Shown here: positions 61,737 through 64,000 of the stretch, piece by piece | Position numbering within the stretch: position 1 is the stretch's first letter | Layout: the number at the start of each line of letters is the position of its first letter | Origin: Antedon mediterranea | Lineage: Eukaryota > Animalia > Echinodermata | Direction of reading: 5' to 3' | Assembly (NCBI RefSeq): GCF_964355755.1 | Contig: NC_092676.1 | Span: 27,484,871 to 27,548,870 of the forward strand | Length of the DNA: 64,000 nucleotides | Position numbers and translations under genes: made by a program | Notes under the pieces: generated by a model | Seen by the model: the letters and a program-made list of their open reading frames with translations, nothing else | The model's database searches: none | What the model was told of the DNA's origin: nothing

Positions 61737-64000
61737 TCTGATCCTTGGACCTTAAATAAAATAAACTGAAATACAGACTTTTTAGTGAGTTTATTTTTAT
61801 AAAGTTACTAACTAGTTACTACTGTATTTAAAACAATTACGGCGCCACAATTACAATGTATTTGCTTCCGGCGCAAGAAGCTACAGTATGCATAATGGAT
61901 TTGTTCATGAAACCAGGACGAACCGACCTACCCCGTGGGAACTATTAAGCCTCTATCTCCTTTGCTGTGTGGAGAAATAATTAATAATGCTTCGTGGGCT
62001 TACTACTACCTATTCTATATCGCTAAAGGCCTAGCTAGCCTACTAGATGGAAGAGATGGGGCCTACTATTGGAAATAAAAAGCACACCTACAACAACTAG
62101 AAATATAATTATTTATGTCGTATTCTTTACAAACACTAAATTACTAATTACCATCAAAGAATTCAAAAATATAAGCAAACAAATGGAGCCGTTTTACGAC
62201 GTTAATGCTGCTGCTGCATCTAAAATAGAGAGAATATATGGTGGCGCTGTTTTGTGAGATGCCGGTTTTTGTATGGAACGCGGATGGAGTTATAATATAG
62301 TACGTTGGCTAACTTTCTTGCTAGCAGCTAAGAGATGTGTTATATATAGGCCCGTCTAAAATATACCCAGTTAGTGCTAAACTGGTACCAATCTCATCCC
62401 ATAGAGACAAACAAATACGGTTATCCACAGTCACAGTATATACCTCTCTAATATCATGGAGAAATAAGTTTAAACTTACATGGTACTATCAACATACTCT
62501 AAATAGTGTATACTGTATGATGAGAATTGGGGTCAAAGATCGGTTAACTTTCATAAATAGATCAGAAATGTAATTACGTTAATGTCCCCAGCTAAATTAC
62601 ATGCTTCCCATTTCCAATAAATGATATCATCATCTTAATGTAAATCCAAGAAAAACACAATATTGTAAAAAAGCATGTCAGAAAGTGTATACTGGGGTTG
62701 CATAGTTGCAAGTGTATAATATGGCATGCATACAGAAAGTGATAGGGAATGCATACATAAAGTGTATATAGGGCAAGCATACAGAAATAAGTTAATATAT
62801 AGGCCATGCATCATACAGAAAGTGTATATAGGCTAAGGCAATGTATGATATGAAGGACTTACATAACAGTTACAAGTCCAATTGATTATAACCTACATCA
62901 GCATCATCACCATCATAGAGCTAGGGTTGTTTTGGATTTTGATCGATTCTCGTATAATGAGATCATGTCTTTTTCGCGGAGTTCTGTTTTACAATTGCCG
63001 CGTTTATTTTGATTATAGTTATTCTAAAACGAATGGTGTGATTTTTATTAGTAACACAATTATTATGTCTACCAGTCTTGTTTTCGTTAGGTCTATATTT
63101 AAATCCTTTCAGGTTATTGTTTTTTTAACATTCAACATTTCTCTCTAATTACTTAAATTCACTTGCCGCTTGTAATCAAACCACCAATTTCACTCCCACG
63201 AACCAGTAAAGTAATATCTATGACGTCATCATATTGTCACATTTCTTCGCTGGCGTCAAAGGGAAGGTTAAACATACAACGAATGTACCCAACATGAGTA
63301 GAACGCCACAGGCAGTGAATTTAAAACCTCTGCTATATTTCTACGGCAATGTTTCAAAGATTGCCCGGGGGTACGGTAAAACGTTATGCATTTTTTTAAA
63401 CACAGGATCGACTTTAGCCCGTGGGGTAGGCCTACAAGGTAATATACAATGATTATGAACTGTGCTTCCAAAAAATAGGTCGATATTTTCTTTGATAGTT
63501 TTGCTACATAATAAGTATTTCATGATGCAGGTATACCTTGCGAGTTAGTAAAGTGACAGTACGCAGTTTACGCACGCATGCACCGATGACCGTATGTGAA
63601 TGCGTCTCTTTGGTGTACGACGCGACGGTGACTTAATTTTGCGCAGCGCAAGCGCGGTGGAACAACTATCCCGATACGTCCAGATAAATAGTTATAGCAG
63701 TGCTTGAAATAGAATATCTCAGATCATAAATATGGTTTTATAGCATACAGTATTAGGCCTAACGTAATTAGGCGTTGCTTGATGAATGAAGGGCCAAAAC
63801 CATTCGTCTTAGCCTCCACCATGGTATATATCGGCGTATGCATATTATAATTATCATTACGTAACACACAATGCGGAAATGGGAAGCTGTTGGCGTCGTA
63901 TACTTTGAATACGGTACGTATACCGCCGTTAGGCCTAAAGTTTTTTTGTTCGTGATGATTGAAGATATCAAAGAAAGTAAGACTTTCTAAGATTTTCTTC

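Noticed and set aside
62069-63971. Additional gene upstream of TAF8
   Set aside because: Only short ORFs with no recognisable domain; I could not build a consistent exon chain.

Overview
AT-rich, intron-rich animal genomic DNA (probably an invertebrate deuterostome; this is inference). I built four conserved multi-exon genes by hand from GT-AG boundaries and reading frame. KIF21 (kinesin-4 with motor, coiled-coil and WD40; + strand, 2442-38085, first exon not found) converges with DDX51 (DEAD-box helicase, - strand, 39865-45667). FICD (ER AMPylase, + strand, 55933-57683) converges with TAF8 (- strand, 59504-61736). Introns hold many non-autonomous elements: PIF/Harbinger, hAT and piggyBac MITEs, a Helentron/HINE-like element, tRNA-like pieces, Penelope-type minimal hammerhead ribozymes and TE-derived minisatellites. 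Two features stand out. (1) An intact 354-codon sense-strand ORF inside a KIF21 intron has an in-phase splice acceptor, its own poly(A) signal, a DIRS-Gag/LAP2alpha-like core (judged by eye) and an SxIP motif, so it may be a domesticated-retrotransposon alternative terminal exon that replaces the WD40 tail. (2) A ~9.8-kb foldback/MULE-like element (9-bp TSD, ~65-bp TIRs, inverted 97-bp satellite arms, central ~190-bp array) sits 53 bp upstream of the DDX51 ATG, and its ends supply a splice donor and acceptor that could remove it as an intron.
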